DNA of 24,319 nucleotides from a virus (Duplodnaviria; Heunggongvirae; Uroviricota; Caudoviricetes): IMG/VR virus record IMGVR_UViG_2923302340_000011, positions 1 to 24,319 of that record; one strand, 5' to 3'. Shown piece by piece: positions 23,107 to 24,319 of this stretch (position 1 is its first letter; each line of letters starts with the position of its first letter). The notes under the pieces were generated by a model. It saw only the letters and a program-made list of their open reading frames with translations, ran no database searches and was not told where the DNA came from. The position numbers and the translations under genes were made by a program.

Positions 23107-24319
23107 TCTTCTCCTCCTCTGTTGATTGTCGCAGCCCGGATTCAAATGCCGCAGCCGCCCAGGCGGGTGGTTTAAGACCGGCTGCACGACGCTCCATCGT
23201 TTCACGGACCTGCTGGGCAAAAATTTCCTGATAGTCGTCACCGCGTTTTGCGCACTCTTTCTCGTAGGTGCTCAGTCCGGCTTCTATCAGCATCACCGCT
23301 TCCTGAACTTCTTTCAGACCATCGATGGCCATACGACCGGAGCCTATCCAGTCGCAGTTCCCCCAGGCACTGCGGGCTTCCTGAAAGCTGAAGCGCGCTT
23401 TTGAAGGTAACGTCACCACGCGGCGAACGATGGCCTCTTCCAGCCAGCACAGAAACATCTGGCTCGCCTGACGGGATGCGACGAATTTTCGCCGCCCCAT
23501 AAAGTGCGCCCACGACTCGTTCGCGCTGGCCCGTGCCGTGGAGTAGCTCATCTGGGCGTAATTCCGGGAAAGCTGCTCATACGAGACACCCAGCCCGGCA
23601 GCGATATACCGCAACAGTGACTGCTCAAAAACGGAGTAGCCGTTATCCGTGTCCTGAGCCGTCTGCAGGTTCAGTGAGTCACCCGGCATCAGGTGCGGCA
23701 CTTTTGCGCCTCCCAGCCGGACCGGTGCTGCGGCGTAATACGCGGCAATTTCACCAATCCAGCCGGTCAGCCTTTCCCGCTGCTCCTGACTGTTCGCGCC
23801 CAGAATAAAATCCATCGCTGACTGCGTATCCAGCTCACTCTCAATGGTGGCGGCATACATCGCCTTCACAATGGCGCTCTGCAGCTGCGTGTTCTGCAGC
23901 GTGTCGAGCATCTTCATCTGCTCCATCACGCTGTAAAACACATTTGCACCGCGGGTCTGCCCGTCCTCCACGGGTTCAAAAACGTGAATGAACGAGGCGC
24001 GCCCGCCGGGTAACTCACGGGGTATCCATGTCCATTTCTGCGGCATCCAGCCAGGATACCCGTCCTCGCTGACGTAATATCCCAGCGCCGCACCGCTGTC
24101 ATTAATCTGCACACCGGCACGGCAGTTCCGGCTGTCGCCGGTATTGTTCGGGTTGCTGATGCGCTTCGGGCTGACCATCCGGAACTGTGTCCGGAAAAGC
24201 CGCGACGAACTGGTATCCCAGGTGGCCTGAACGAACAGTTCACCGTTAAAGGCGTGCATGGCCACACCTTCCCGAATCATCATGGTAAACGTGCGTTTTC
24301 GCTCAACGTCAATGCAGCA
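23087..24319 (-). CDS. B: Portal protein B, C-terminal 410 codons; 5' end lies beyond the window
   Basis: The frame is open from the window edge (…CCIDVERKRTFTMMIREGVAMHAFNGELF…) to the stop at 23087. Recognised as lambda-family portal. Confidence 0.9.
   Translation of the reverse strand, partial: CCIDVERKRTFTMMIREGVAMHAFNGELFVQATWDTSSSRLFRTQFRMVSPKRISNPNNTGDSRNCRAGVQINDSGAALGYYVSEDGYPGWMPQKWTWIPRELPGGRASFIHVFEPVEDGQTRGANVFYSVMEQMKMLDTLQNTQLQSAIVKAMYAATIESELDTQSAMDFILGANSQEQRERLTGWIGEIAAYYAAAPVRLGGAKVPHLMPGDSLNLQTAQDTDNGYSVFEQSLLRYIAAGLGVSYEQLSRNYAQMSYSTARASANESWAHFMGRRKFVASRQASQMFLCWLEEAIVRRVVTLPSKARFSFQEARSAWGNCDWIGSGRMAIDGLKEVQEAVMLIEAGLSTYEKECAKRGDDYQEIFAQQVRETMERRAAGLKPPAWAAAAFESGLRQSTEEEKSDSRAA

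Larger units (their letters stand above)
1580..24319. mobile_element. Lambda-like prophage, one end only; continues beyond the window; junction lies at or inside the dusA 5' end
   Basis: Integrase next to dusA, followed by a complete lambda-colinear tail and head gene set on the minus strand with lambda-like gene lengths and overlaps. The exact att crossover cannot be located from one junction. Confidence 0.85.

Noticed and set aside
23926..24267. 113-aa minus-strand ORF in an alternative frame within B
   Set aside because: Overlaps the continuous portal (B) frame, which is open to the window edge; Arg/Pro-rich spurious frame.
1..24319. Search for tRNA, rRNA or CRISPR arrays, since prophages often sit at tRNA genes
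   Set aside because: No cloverleaf-like or rRNA-like sequence and no spacer-repeat array was seen. Integration appears to be at the protein-coding gene dusA.

Overview
The window has two parts. Positions 1-1579 are an enterobacterial chromosomal locus: pspG with its sigma54 promoter and dusA (tRNA-dihydrouridine synthase A), both on the minus strand. From about 1580 to the window end is one end of a lambda-like prophage inserted at the 5' end of dusA. Its order is: tyrosine integrase (+), an SOS-box-controlled dinI-like gene (+), a small accessory locus (membrane protein, a stand-alone protein with a tail-fibre intramolecular-chaperone domain, a 93-aa ORF), a mosaic side tail fibre, then the lambda-colinear late genes on the minus strand (J, I, K, L, M, H, G/T with the GGGAAAG slippery site, V, U, Z, FII, FI, E, D, C/Nu3 and partial B). 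Three things stand out. (1) A P22 immI-like module (mnt, an arc-like 55-aa ORF missing from the ORF track, ant, and a sar-like antisense RNA) sits between tail genes L and K. (2) Head genes C, D, E (twice) and FI each carry single-nucleotide frameshifts, whereas all tail genes are intact; this suggests a defective prophage with a preserved tail module, or assembly error. (3) The integrase module next to dusA is not lambda-like in position. Similarity to phage lambda and P22 proteins is from my own recognition of the sequences, not a database search. No tRNA, rRNA or CRISPR array was seen.
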